Of a DNA stretch of 64,000 nt, positions 13,803 through 27,180 are shown one piece after another (positions within the stretch are counted from its first letter, which is position 1; each line of letters opens with the position of its first letter). Origin of the DNA: Lama glama. Taxonomy: Eukaryota. Under the pieces are notes generated by a model, which was not told the DNA's origin, did not search any database, and saw only the letters and a list, made by a program, of their open reading frames with translations. The position numbers and the translations under genes are program-made. Where the stretch lies: the NCBI GenBank assembly GCA_028534125.1, contig CM052832.1, positions 20,894,001 through 20,958,000 on the forward strand. Reading direction: 5' to 3'.

Positions 13803-15385
13803 CTTCCTTGCAGGGCACACAACGCGTCTGAGGGCTGGCTCAGCTCTGTGGTCCACCAGTTTGGAGCACCTGCCTAGCCCGCCCGGTGCCCATAGCCTCT
13901 GTCCATCAGGAGCCACACTACAGTCCAAGTCCGGAAGCCCCTTATTAGCTTACATTAGAGTTCCGTACACTTTGCAAATCAAAACCCTCCTTAAAACCAC
14001 CAATGGTTTCAGTGAACTGAAGAGAGGCACGAGCTTTAACAACAGAAGCATCCATCTTCTCCCATGGTCAGTACCTGCAAAAGGACAGTCAGATCCCACC
14101 CCAGCCACTAAGCAGGCAACTCCAAGAGCGGTGACGGCAGCCTCTGGGTTCTATTAGTCTGTGCTTTCCCAGAGCCACAGACCAGGGGAAATTTCAGAAA
14201 GGCAGATCACAAAGGCAAAAAGTATCGGCAGGAACCGCTCTCCCCATAACCTTTCTTGTCCCTCTCTCCCCTTCCAGTTTGATGATTTGGCAGTTCTGGA
14301 ATTCTTCCGAGAGGAGTCAAGACTCACTCTGCCAGCCCCAGCTGTTCAAAGCGCAGCACAATCTGTTCCATACAGTTGGCTGTATTATAGCAATAATGTG
14401 GCTAGAGTTCACCTTCATTTGCTGCGAAGATCATTAACTATCCCGCGGAGAGAGACAGAATTAAAGAGAGAGAGGGCCCGAGACATAATAAATGGAGTCT
14501 CTGGGTAACACAGTTCCCCCCCCAAAAAAAGGTAGGATGATGCCAGCCAGGCTACCTGACAGTTTCCATACTCAGAGAAAAGGGAAGAAAACAAGGGCAA
14601 GAGGGATGGAAAATAAGAGAAGAAAGGAAAAGCAAGAACGTGCCTGCCAAACATGTATTTTCACGGGAAGGGAGAATAAAGAGGAAAAACATTTTTTTGA
14701 AATAAAGACAGCAGGACATATAAGGTTAAATCACAGTAGGGATATGATCCTCCTTGTCTGGCAGCTCAAACATTCTAGCACAGAGGTGGAAGTAAATGTG
14801 GAAGGAGATTGAGTACAGAGAAAATGAATCACAGTCTTATACAGAAAGAATGTAATATTCAGGACAATTTCAGTGTAAGTAAAAGACGGTGAATTCGGTG
14901 AAACGTGTCTAAATCGTGTATCTGACCTCCCATTCGCAAAACTGAAGTCAGATGTGGAGTGGGTGTGTTTCTTCATTCAATTCACACATTCAGTTCAAGT
15001 TTACAGTGCGCCTCTTTGGAATCTTGTTCACCAACAAGGAAGCCGGCACTTTTATAAAAACACGAGGGATCAGGGTGCCCCTTCAAAGAAAAGACTCCAG
15101 GATATATAACCACCTGGAAGTTCTTCAGTTGATAATGAGCATCAAAATCAACACGTGTTCTAAGTGATCTGCAGTTGTTGTATCCATCTAAACCAAATTT
15201 CAGTCAACAATGGATAGATAATTGGTGGAGAAGTAGGAATTTTAACGGCAGACTTCAACTGCTAAAGAGGTACTTTCTTTGGAACCACACAGGTAACGTA
15301 TTTTAAAAGCAAAAACAGTAACTCCATATTCTACATCTTCACTAATTTCTTTTCCTTCTTTTCTATAGTTAAAGTTATCCCTAGA

Positions 15386-15550
15386 GCAGCAGTTCTCAAC
15401 TGGGAGCAATAGTGTTCTCCATGGTGCTTTTTTGGCTGCATACAGGGGTATGAAATGTTATCAGCAACTAGTGGGTAGAATCCGGGGTGCCACTAAATTT
15501 CACAATACACAAGAAAAAAACCCCGACAATACAGAATTATTCAGTCCATA
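15386..15550. mobile_element. MER20-like hAT-Charlie fossil
   Basis: cagcagttctcaactggg...ctagtgggtagaatccggggtgccactaaa...agaattattcagtcc. Confidence 0.7.
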
Positions 15551-16317
15551 CTGTACACAGTTTTTAGAAGTAGGAGAACAGGAGGTGTTTCTATATGCAT
15601 CCTGCTATTATTAAAAAACCTTCCCTCCACGTAATAGTAACATTTAACGTAACTGCAAAGGAAAGCAAGGGGAAGAAATTTAAAACTAATTTAGAATCAC
15701 AATGGAACTCTGGAAAATCCTGTTACAGCATCAAATTTTGTGTAAGGCTCCAACCAGTGAATGTCATTAATACAAGGCTTAAAAAATATAGCACAGTCTA
15801 ACTCAATTCACCTAGAAGGTAGCTTCAAAACATACAGACACAAACATAGCAAAAAAAAAAAGAAAAGATAAAGATTTACAGAGGAAAAACAGCCTTGGCC
15901 ACCTCCTGTGGAAATACACAAACTCACACACACACACTCACACCCCACCCACAAGCACAAACACACCCACACCAATACCTTCCAAAACCAGAAGCCTCTG
16001 TGTTAAAGCTCTCATACTGGCTCTGCACAAAAGAACCTGCTCTCAAGGGAGACAAAAAGTTGGGATTTAACCTTCTCCTGCAAGAAGAGAAACACTTCCT
16101 CAGTCACACCTAGAAACAAATGAGTCGTCTGTGATGTTTTCATCTGTAGTCAGCCCAAGAGCTCAGCGGAGTCATCTTAACATTTATAACGCCTGGTAAA
16201 AAAAACCAACTCACTGTGAGGTAATTAGTGAAAGCTCAGGTCATATTCCCATCTTGCCAAATAAACAGAACTGCCCAGGAGAATTCCTGCTGCTTCAGCC
16301 CTCAGATTGATGCTCAC

Positions 16318-16451
16318 CTGGTCGGCTCTCTTCTCCCCACTGATCCTCGCTCACATCCTCGGGGTCTGTGTGTGGCTGTGGGCAGGTCTGACATGTGTGG
16401 GCTCTTGGGCTTTTCTGGACTCCTCTTGGCAGCCACATGTGGACTCAACTC
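16318..16451 (-). other. RBM47: Internal exon (134 nt), probably the exon immediately upstream of the RBM47 main coding exon
   Basis: Acceptor ccttgtgcttcttcccttcgcag|GAG and donor CAG|gtgagc on the - strand. Phase-0 frame is open throughout (ELSPHVAAKRSPEKPKSPHMSDLPTATHRPRGCERGSVGRREPT + AG). Gene name rests on recalled similarity to the human RBM47 5' leader (AGAAAAGCCCAAGAGCCCAC...GGATCAGTGGGGAGAAGAGAGCCGAC), not on a search. Confidence 0.62.
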
Positions 16452-18944
16452 CTGCGAAGGGAAGAAGCACAAGGGAGGTGTCATCTTGAATGGGGATAGA
16501 GCTGTGACTTCCCAGCCCGAGGAGAACACTTTCTGCCCTGTCAGGATGGGGAAGTCGCTTTAGAAGTCGAGCCCAGGACTTCCCAGCACAGACCATCCAC
16601 TAGCTATCGTGCGGGTGCAGACTTCCACTCAGCAAGGCAGGGACGCAAGGCCAGAGGGATTCATTCCCTGACTCCTCACCATACACAAAGTACTGGGAGC
16701 AGGGAAAATGGACTGGGAAAAGGCATGTGTCCTCAGAGTAGAAGAAAAATACTCCAAAGGAAATTTTATTTGAACAGATTTCTTTGGCAAAATGTTCCCT
16801 CTTATGTGAAGAGAACACAGAACGTAATTTGGTAACTCAATTTATGAAACTGTCCATGCATAACTTAAGAAAAACATGGATCCACTTTTGTTTCCATCCT
16901 GGCCTCTCCCAGGGTCTAACCCCAAAGCTGCTTTTGTAAACCACTGTTGACAGAATTATCAAGGTGACGGAGGTCACAGCACGTCATTTATCTCTGGTTT
17001 CAAGGAGAAAATGTAGGGGCAGGGGACGGGACCATTTCTACTGTAACCAGGTTAAGGAAATCCTTACTAGACAACGTGCTTACACCCACTAGAACGTATT
17101 TAAAAACCAAACTCCTGTCCAGCTCAATCCCAGAAGGAAAGCATGAGGACAACAGTAGTATTCAGCAATGGACAATGGACACCCAAAGTACTTTCCAGTC
17201 TGGGCAGAACCCAAGATGTTACTAAATCAGCCAGTGATGTTACATTGAACCCAACTGTCATCCTAAATGTCATTACATTAAAATGCCTAAAGATTTCTTT
17301 CCTCAAAGTGCTTTCCTTTGATCAAAGGAAATTAGGGTGAGAAGAAAGGATACATGGATGGAGCTAGAAGACCAGGAGGAGGAGAGGCTCCTCCAAAACC
17401 CTATCCATGTCTACAATTCAGGGGTTCATTCTGTAAACTGGTAGCTCAGTAGATCAGTCATGTACTTTTTAACTCATAAAACTAAATTTACTTATTATCC
17501 AACACTACCTTATGTATTAGATTTATTGAATAAACCATAAAAATTTAAATCACAAAATGAACTATATGACAAAATGTGGGGCTTTGTTGCATGCCAAGAG
17601 TGCATTTTCTCCCCAAGTGACATTTTCTGGAATAAATGTGACGTTGGTCATAATAATACCTCCAAATCATCTTCTACTTTTGCTGTATCAGAACATTGTA
17701 AACAGTGTATTCAACGGTATGCGAGTGTGTGTATGTGTACACGCATGTATTCATCTGTCTTACACAACCATGGTTGGGACACCAGTTTACTAAGCCAAGT
17801 GAGCAACTGAAATGTTTAAAGTTGCTTAACTACAGCAGCCAGTGTCAGGGTAATTTTATTTCTTTAAGAATATATTTTTCTGAATAAATATGGTGGACAC
17901 TACATTTTTGTGGGTCCTCTTGGAGAATATAAATAAACTACTGATGGATACCTGTCAATGACAGTCCTCTGTAGTTTGTGGCATTTGGGATTTATGACCG
18001 GAAAATCACTCATTTCCCTAGTGATCATAGAGAAATCTGCTGAATTTTATATAATGTAGTTGAAGAGACAGTAAGTCAAAACATATAAAACATTCTTCAT
18101 GCTTATCTTAGCCATCTGCAAAGCTTCTTATAGGCACGAACTATTTAACATCATGTCAGGCAGTTTTATGAGTTTCCCAGGAATTATGAGTTACTTAAAT
18201 ACAAGTATTTTGCTGTCCCAGTATAAAACCCCAAATTAGCCAGTCTCTCATTCTAAACAAAGGAAGTCTCCCCATTGACATGCCACACTTATCCAGGATG
18301 GCTCACAAAAAACCCAAGAGAAGCAGGAATACAGGCACTTAGTGATCAAAGAGATATTCCAACAGTAGAAATGAAAAACAGAATTTCTTGAGAAAAAGAA
18401 ATATGAAATGACATAGAAACAAATGGCAGAAAACCTTGTATTCCATTGTACGACAGTAGGCAACTTGGTTTTTTTTCCCCTACTTCCTTGGCCTAATGTG
18501 GGAAATGCCTATACCTAATTCACATCTATCAAAGGGGGAGGGGGAGGAGAGGGGAAGGAGGAGCAGCAGCCCCATTTTATCGTTTTATGCAGTAATGAAT
18601 GAAGACTGGCTAGGGAGATCCCTGAACCCTGGGTGCTGATGGTGGCATTTCCTTCACCGGTAACCCAGCTCATCAGTGTTCAGTTTCCTAGCTGTGAGAT
18701 GATGACAATTATTCTGGTCCTCCCACTGTTCCAGGCTTCTGAGCAGTCTAGCCTCCCACACCCTCCCTGCCAACCTTCACCTACCCAGCCAAACACTCTG
18801 CATAGACTGAGCTCAAACGTCTGCTGAAAACCGCAGAAGGAGTGGCCTCCTCCCTCCTCTGTACCCTTAACAGAACTTTTCTTTGTGCTTACACCCGACT
18901 TCCTCATCAGCCCTGATTAGTTGGGCTCAGGACATTTTCTCCCA

Positions 18945-19056
18945 CCAGAGTTCAAATGTCTTGAGGACAGATTCAGCATTTTATTGATCTTTTATCCCCA
19001 GAGTCTAGTAGTGAGTCTGGAATACAGCAAGTGTTCAACAAACATCTGCTGAATAA
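18945..19056. mobile_element. L2 3' end
   Basis: atccccagagtctagtagtgagtctggaatacagcaagtgttcaacaaacatctgctgaat. Confidence 0.7.
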
Positions 19057-19635
19057 CTATGCCAGCGACTCAAGAAACATGGAAAGACTAAAGAAAAGAC
19101 TAAAGTCTTTAGTCACCCCAAAGACTAAAAGAAAAAAGGCTAGGAGGAAAAGAACCTAGTTCCCCTATTTCTGCCGCTCCAATCATTATACTGAAAGGAT
19201 TCGATACTCTTCAATACAAAGGGAAATATACTCCCAAACAGAAAAAAGATAAGCATCTCATGTAAAATATCACAAGAACAGTAGGCATTATAAATTATAC
19301 CTGAGAAATTCTAGTCTTTCAAAACCTATGTGGGATTTCCTTCAGTCCTATCCTTTCATCTTTACCCACGATTTGTTTTTCCATCGCTGAGTGGTTCAGA
19401 CTGAACACCAAAATAACGCAGGGACACTTAAGTGTGAAAGCACAAAATCTCCCACTCTCTGCAAGCATTCAGAGTCCTAAGGCCCAGCTACCACCCTGGA
19501 AAGGCTCCCAGAGAGCTTTTCCCAATCATTCCCAACGACTTACTCCTCCTCCATCCTCTAACTATGGCTTGGGGGTACATTACAACTACTATCCTAAAAA
19601 GTGTACACTACTTATAATTAATGAAAAAATAGGGT

Positions 19636-20430
19636 AACAAATGATAAGTGCTGGAGAGGCTGCAGAGAAAAGGGAACCCTGCTACATTGCTGGTGGGAAT
19701 GCAGTTTGGTGCAGCCACTGTGGAAAACAGTATGGAGATTCCTCAAAAGACTAGGAATAGACTTAGCATATGACCCAGGAATCCCACTCCTGGGCATATA
19801 TCCAGAAGGAACCCTACTTCAAAAAGANNNNNNNNNNNNNNNNNNNNNNNNNNNNNNNNNNNNNNNNNNNNNNNNNNNNNNNNNNNNNNNNNNNNNNNNN
19901 NNNNNNNNNNNNNNNNNNNNNNNNNNNNNNNNNNNNNNNNNNNNNNNNNNNNNNNNNNNNNNNNNNNNNNNNNNNNNNNNNTTGCAGCAACACGGATGTC
20001 CCTGGAGAATGTCATTCTAAGTGAAGTAAGCCAGAAAGAGAAAGAAAAATACCATATGAGATCACTCATATGTGGAATCTAAAAAAACAAAAACAAAAAA
20101 ATGAAGAAGACAAATGAACTTAACTATGAAACAGAAACAGACTCATAGACATAGAATACAAACTTGTGGTTGCCAGGTGGAGGAGGGTTGGAAGGGACAG
20201 ATTGGGAGTTTGAAATTTGTAGATACCGACAGGCATATGCAGAATAGATAAACAAGTTTATACTGTATAGCACAGGGAAATACATTTAAGATCTTGTGGT
20301 AGCTCATGGTGAAAAAGAATGTGATAATGAGTATGTGTATGTGCATGTATGACTGAAAAATTGTGCTCTACACTGGAAATTGACACAGCATTGTAAACTG
20401 ACTGTAACTCAATAAAATAAAATTTTAAAA
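19636..20430 (+). mobile_element. Relatively young L1 3' fragment (camelid-type 3' UTR)
   Basis: ORF2 C-terminus [32 protein letters not shown]; 3' UTR ending gaaattgacacagcattgtaaactgactgtaactcaataaaa. Confidence 0.95.
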
Positions 20431-20559
20431 AGAGTATATATTTACCAAAAAAAAAAAAAAGGATAGTCTTGGAAATACACACACATGAAATCATTTCCGA
20501 AGTCAAGTGAGGCCAAAGCAAAGCTCCTAGAGAGCCACAGCCACTAACGCACCAGGCTA

Positions 20560-20785
20560 AAGATTCCACTGTAGGGTTGCTATGGGGCAAGAAGGCTTGG
20601 ATTTGAGTGCACGTTGGCTGTGGGACCCTGACAAGTTAGAAATCCTATTGAGCCTCAGCCTCTTCACCTGTGAAAGGAAAAAATAATGGTGCCTACTGGC
20701 CAGGAGCGTGATGCAGAGCAGTGGAGTCAACAGAGATGAGGCCAACAGACACACACGCGGCACGCGTTAAACAGCCTAAATAGCA
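20560..20785. mobile_element. MIR
   Basis: ttgagcctcagcctcttcacctgtgaaagg core. Confidence 0.6.
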
Positions 20786-22749
20786 GAGCTACTGCTGCAT
20801 GGTAATCTTCAAATGTTCCTGTCGTTTAAATGATTGCTGTCCTAGAACATTTCCAGAAGACAAGAAAATGCCCCACCTCAGCAAACCTCTGCCATAACGT
20901 CTCTGCCATTTTGAGCCTAAGGCAGAGTTGACAGTATAAAAACCTGATTCTATAAAATTATGTTCCTATAGGGTATGAAACCATGGAAGGTTTTAAAAGG
21001 AAATACAGTTATAGTACTGGCTGCACTACAATCCATATGATTACACACAAAAAAAAATCTTTCTGAGCCACACACAAGAGAATAAAGGAGGAAAACCCTA
21101 CAATGCTTAGTAACAAAATGTTTTGGGCCAGGTTACTTGCCTCTCAGAGCCTGTTTCCTTATTTGTCCAATGACATTAGTCATTGTCACAACCTTCACCA
21201 TAGCTAATGCTTTGATAAAACTTAAATTATGTCTAGAAGAGCATCTAATATACAGATGATTCAGGCAGTCTTTATATTTTTATTCCTCCCAGTTTCTATC
21301 TAAACCTGTGGACTTGCTGTGATTTACATCAGGTTTCCAAGATTCTCTTGTTCCTCTCTCCTTTCCACTTTGGATCAGGTCTGTGAGAAAAAACAAACAA
21401 AAACCCAAAAAACTAAAACTAATAAACAAACAAACAAATACAACAATTTTCTGTTTCTGGAAGAACCCAATCAAACATTCCTGATGAATAAGTTCCCTGT
21501 TTCCTTAAACCAAGGATATCTGTTGTAGTAAGTGTGTGACGGAGCCAGGAAAGGGTAGTTACCGTAAAACTATACAAAGAAAGCAGACCAAGGAACATGA
21601 AATGGTCATATGAAGTTAGTTGTGAACAGAATAAACAGTGACTTCTTTCCCCTGAGTTTGGACTTAGAAGACAAAAGGAAATAAAGGCATAATATGATGC
21701 TCATTTTTCACTTTGAGAACAGATGGTGAGTAGTATCTGAGAACACTGAACTGTAGATCTTCCCAAGTATTTCTGCAAAATTAGATAACACCAAAATATA
21801 TGATACAGTGCATGTAAGTTATCCAATAAAAACCAGCTTTTATGTTCTCTCTCCCCTTTATAACTGAGCAACATATTTTTAAAAATTGGACATAAACTTC
21901 AAAAAGATTTGTGTAATAGCCTTTTTATTAACTTTTAAATAGCTTATTTGTGCCCCCAAATCTATTATTTAAATGATCTTTGTTTGTGGCCAAAGATTTT
22001 GATATTAGATAAAAGGAAAAGAAGAATTTGCCACCTAAATAAATGACAAGGAAAGAATGGATTTTCTCAAATTCCACATATACTATGTTCATATACTGCA
22101 AATACCAGCCACAATAAGTAGTTCAAGAAATAGATCTAAATTTCTGACCCTACACGATATTTACTTACATGGTATCACAGACGAAAGCAAATTATATATA
22201 TATAGCCTTTGGAAGACTAAGATTCAGAGGGGGGTTGTGATTTAATCAAGTTCACACAGCTTCTAGCTGCAGCACAAGGATTTGAGCTCAGAGTTTTCTA
22301 AAGCCAGCATCTTTCCCTCCCCATCAAATTATGCCTCCTCTGAGAATACACATTCACAACAGAGAGCTGTGGAGGCCACTCCTGGAAAGGCAGATTAGAG
22401 TCCAACTCATGGTGGCCAGTGAGTGTTACTATCTTTTATTCCATAGTTATAAGGAGCCATTACAAGTGTTTATTAGGAAAATGACATGTTTAAGAGGAAG
22501 AGATATGGTATGTTTTATAGACAGTTACAATTTTTTTAAATAACGGAAACCATTCTCCCCCAACAGTGCTTTCTGGTCTGTTGAAAGGTTGGTCAACAAG
22601 TCATTTTTTCCAACCATCCAAATTTCTAGGATATACCTTATTTATCATGATTATCTCCTACATCCAGACTCTATCTGCAAAAACAACACTGTTCTAGATT
22701 GTGAAAATCCAAGGTCAGCTTTCATGGAATCCATTAAACACATAAAAAG

Positions 22750-24388
22750 GAAATGAAATAGCCTGGCACAGCCAGAAGGACAAGAAGAAAGTTGGAGGAA
22801 TACCACTAGCTGACTTCAACACTTATTATAAAGCTACAGTAACCAAGACAAAAGTGGGATTGGCAAAAGAATAGGCAAAGAGACCAATGGAACAAAATAG
22901 AGGGCCCAGAAATAGACCCAGAGGAGTATAGTCAACTGATCTTTGACAAAGAGGCAAGGCAACATAAGGAAGCAAGGACAGACTTTTCAACAAATTATGC
23001 TGGAACAACCGGACAAGACATGCAAAAAGAAAAAGAATCCAGACACAGACCTTGTACCTTTTACCAAAAAAAAAAAAAAAAATCTCTAAATGGATCACAG
23101 ACCTAAATGTAAAACATAAAATTATACAACTTCTAGAAGATGACATAGGAAAAAAACTAGATGAATTTGGTCGGCAATGACTTTTTAGATACAACACCAA
23201 AGGCACAATCCATTGAAAAATAATCAATTAGCTGGACTTCATTAAAATGCAAAATCTCTGCTCTGCAAGAGAAATTCTCAAGAGAATGAGAAGACAACTC
23301 ACAGAATGGGAGAAAATATTTGCAGGACATCTCAAAGTATTTTGTATATCCGAAACACAGAAAGAACTCTTAAAATCGTAAGAAAACAAACACCTCAATT
23401 TAAAAATGGGCCAAAGACCTTAACAGATGCCTCAAAGAAGATACACAAATGGCAAAGAAACAGAAACAGATGCTCCTCATCATATGTCACCAGGGAAATG
23501 CAAATTAAACAATAAGATATCACCACATATCTACTAGAATGGCCAAAACCCAGACCATGTTCAATGCCAAATGCTGACAAGAATGTGGAACAACAGAAAC
23601 TCAACCACTGATGGTGGGATTGCAAAATGGTATAGCTACTTTGGAAGACAAGGTGGCAGCTCTTTATAAAACTATTNNNNNNNNNNNNNNNNNNNNNNNN
23701 NNNNNNNNNNNNNNNNNNNNNNNNNNNNNNNNNNNNNNNNNNNNNNNNNNNNNNNNNNNNNNNNNNNNNNNNNNNNNNNNNNNNNNNNNNNNNNNNNNNN
23801 NNNNNNNNNNNNNNNNNNNNNAAAGATAAAGAAACTTGTACATTCAGACAATGGATTTAGTATTCAGCGCTAAAAAGTAATAAGCTATCAAAACCATGAA
23901 AAGACATGGAGGAAACGTAAATGCATTTTACTAACTGAAAAAAGCCCATCTAAAAAGACTATATTCTGCATGATTCCAATTCTATGGCACACTAGAGAAG
24001 GCAAAAACAAGACAATGCAAAGATTAATGGTTTGCAGAGTTTNNNNNNNNNNNNNNNNNNNNNNNNNNNNNNNNNNNNNNNNNNNNNNNNNNNNNNNNNN
24101 NNNNNNNNNNNNNNNNNNNNNNNNNNNNNNNNNNNNNNNNNNNNNNNNNNNNNNNNNNNNNNNNNNNNNNNNNNNNNNNNNNNNNNNNNNNNNNNNNNNN
24201 NNNNNNNNNNNNNNNNNNNNNNNNNNNNNNNNNNNNNNNNNNNNNNNNNNNNNNNNNNNNNNNNNNNNNACAGACAATGGAGGAAACTATGCATATCTGG
24301 GGGCCAAGGGATATATGAGAAATCTCTGTAGCTTCCTCTCCATTTGATGTGAATCTAAAGCTGTTCTAAAAAATAATTTTTTAAAAAA
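22750..24388 (+). mobile_element. L1M (L1MC-like) ORF2 3' half and 3' UTR, degenerate, with two N gaps
   Basis: gacttcaacacttattataaagctacagtaaccaagaca; gaccaatggaacaaaatagag; caactgatctttgacaaag. Confidence 0.92.
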
Positions 24389-24483
24389 GGGAACCAAAGA
24401 ACAAAATATAGTCATACTGACACTTTTAATTTTCATCTTCTTGAAAAAATGCACAGAATTCCTTATCCTCTTAAATATTGATT

Positions 24484-24524
24484 ATATATATATATATATA
24501 CACACACACATATATATATATATA
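24484..24524. repeat. (TA)n(CA)n(TA)n compound microsatellite
   Basis: Seen directly. Confidence 0.9.
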
Positions 24525-26807
24525 ATCAACAGAATATATATTCATGGACAACCAAGCTCCATAAGACCCTCTACAGAAACAATTTCAGGATGAGGACAAG
24601 TAAAGATGAGATATAAATGAGTGAAAAACACTTCCTGGTTCCTCAACACAAGTATTCATTTAAAGGGTATACCTGTATATGTAGGCAGACAATTGAAATA
24701 GCTTTTAAAAAGTACTGATGTGAGCAGTGGTTATGATACAGTAATGGTACAGTATGATATAGTAATAAGTACTATCCCTTGACAAGGAGAAAATAAAGTC
24801 AGTGGGTACTTTTTTAAAAGCATAAAGCTTTTTTAAAGCTGTTTCCATTTTTTGCTTCAATTTTCAATACAAATTTGGAACATAAAAAGATAACCTAGAA
24901 TACCACCATCAGGGAATATGAATGCCTAGCTAGAAATCCAGATCAGACAAAAAGTGAAAGAAAAAGCTCCCACATGTTATATATAAACCAACATAAAAAT
25001 GTTTTACTTAAGAGATAGTATTTATGTTGGAAAGGTACACAAGGCTATAAACAGCTTCTTCTCAGTTGGTTCAATACCAAGGCAGAGCTTATGCCTTAAA
25101 TGGCTCCATGAACGGTCCCCAGGAGCCAACTACAAGTCTCCAATATGTTTTTTTAAAACAAGAACAAGGACAGGCTGGTTCATTGTTCCTGCATCTTTCT
25201 GAGGAACAGGCTTTCCTATAAAGCTTTCTACATGAACACACCTACCTTCCAACTACAGTTCTGTTGGCTTTCATAAGCATCTATGTATTTTTTCTAAATG
25301 TCTCCTGAAAAGAAACCATCAACTATCAACAAAGGTTGGTGTTACAGAGAAGCATCTGAACACTGGTCAAGGCTGAGACTCAGTCTTTAGAGGCCAATTA
25401 AAATTTTCCCATCTTCAGAATCGTTTGGTGATCCCATTTTTAAAGGAGTGATTCCAAAAACAATAAATATCTAGTCCTGAACTCAGCTCAGCAGATCTTT
25501 TAGTTACACAGAGTCTCCTTTCCAAAGACCCAATAAAAGGCATGACACCAAGCTGTCTTCACCTCTCTTTCTTTGGATCCTTTTATGAGGTAATAGTCTT
25601 TGACCACTATCCATGCCCCACTGGGTAGACAAGATTAGTCAGTCACAGAGAACTATATTATATCTCTAATGCGCTTGGAGTGTTGAACATATTAATGGAA
25701 ATGACCAACTTTGAATAACATACAATATTCTTTAGGTAATATAAAGTACAAACATTGTAATCCTTTAGAAAACAATTAACCTATAATCAGAAATATTAGA
25801 AAACAGACAATTATAATGCTGAGAGAAGTGTTAAAGATAATTCAGACTAAAATCTAATTTCATAAATTCAAATAGGAAATAATTTCATATTTGGGCATGA
25901 GGTTCATAAAAATCAAGTTCAAGTTATTCCACTGCATTCACAATTCTAATTGGTGGCAAAAGCAAGACTAGATCTCCAGTCCAGACTCCTATTTCTCTTT
26001 ATTATGTCACTGAATGAATTTTTATACTGTCTACCATTTCTAATCAGACCACAGATTCACTCCTTTCTCATGGCTGAATGTTAATAACTGGTGTTCAGAA
26101 TTTACCAAGGGTCCTGGGATCACCACGTACATGCTCATGTCTGGACATAAGCACACCCTAGGAGAGATGAGAGCACTGGCTACTGTATGGAGTGTGGAGC
26201 CTGAGAGGAGATGCCAGTGTGCCACATCCCCAGCACATACACACAGGGCCACTCTTCAACCCTGGTTAGGACCAAAACCAGTTCAGAGAGAGATGAGATC
26301 TTCATCTCACTCTTAAATGAAGAGAAGGTTTAAAAAACCCATAAAGTAAGGCAGAACTATTAGAAAAGACTTACTTCTGTAAGATTATAATAAGGCCAAG
26401 ATGATGGAGGATAGAGAGAAATTTTCTTAACCTAAGTCCCGGATAAACTAAGTAGAACAGAACCTTGGAGCAGAGATACTACAAAAGCCCTGAGCTCTCA
26501 GGCTAAAGGAAACTGCCACTGTTCCATTTCTTTCCCCAGAGTTTCAAATTTTGTTCCCTAGGCTATCCATGTGAAAGAAGCAAGAAATCGGAAAAAAGAA
26601 ATCCCTAGCTCCCATAACATATGAAGACTGAAACTGATGGCAGACGATCTCCAGAGAGGATGGGAAAAAAAAAAAAAAAGAAAAGAAAAACCCTCACTTA
26701 TTTAGCCTCCTAGGTCAGAACAAAGTAAATACCCCCAATCGACCATCATGGATGAGGAAGAATGAACAAGAAGGATGCGAATCTTATTTTACTGATTTTT
26801 ATCTTAC

Positions 26808-26955
26808 CAATAACAGCTCTTAGGCTGGGGCAATTACAGCTGTTGGAGGTCACACAGTGAAGGTTGCTGGTTTACAGTCCACTCTTGATAATCCAGGGTG
26901 AATGATACAAAACATGTAACTCAGGCAACTGGTTGTGTGAGCCTCGTCCTCGTCT
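26808..26955 (-). other. Candidate non-coding cassette exon (alternative acceptor at 27015)
   Basis: Acceptor ctctttatctctctctttcgattcacttgatag|AGA; donor TTG|gtaaga. Confidence 0.27.
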
Positions 26956-27039
26956 CTATCAAGTGAATCGAAAGAGAGAGATAAAGAGTGTCCAACAGAT
27001 AATCTGCTAGCTTGTCTAATAAAACCACCACAAACAACA

Positions 27040-27180
27040 AGCATTGTAAACATGTCCATCTGACAAATGACCAAAGGAAAACTCAGAGAAGTTACAAACA
27101 TTTCCCAGTGTTTACTAGTAAGATAACTGGAAGAGGCTGGTTTCTAATCCAGAGTTCCTGACTCCAAGTGCACTAAACCA
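27040..27180. mobile_element. MIR fragment
   Basis: ggaaaactcagagaagttacaaacatttcccag...cctgactccaag. Confidence 0.55.

Noticed and set aside
13853-13870. CTCF-like sequence CCACCAGTTTGGAGC
   Set aside because: Mismatches in the core; not supportable.
19706-20069. ORFs containing X runs (also near 7.1, 23.6-24.3, 30.8 and 37.3 kb)
   Set aside because: Artefacts of N gaps, mostly within L1 or MER33 sequence.
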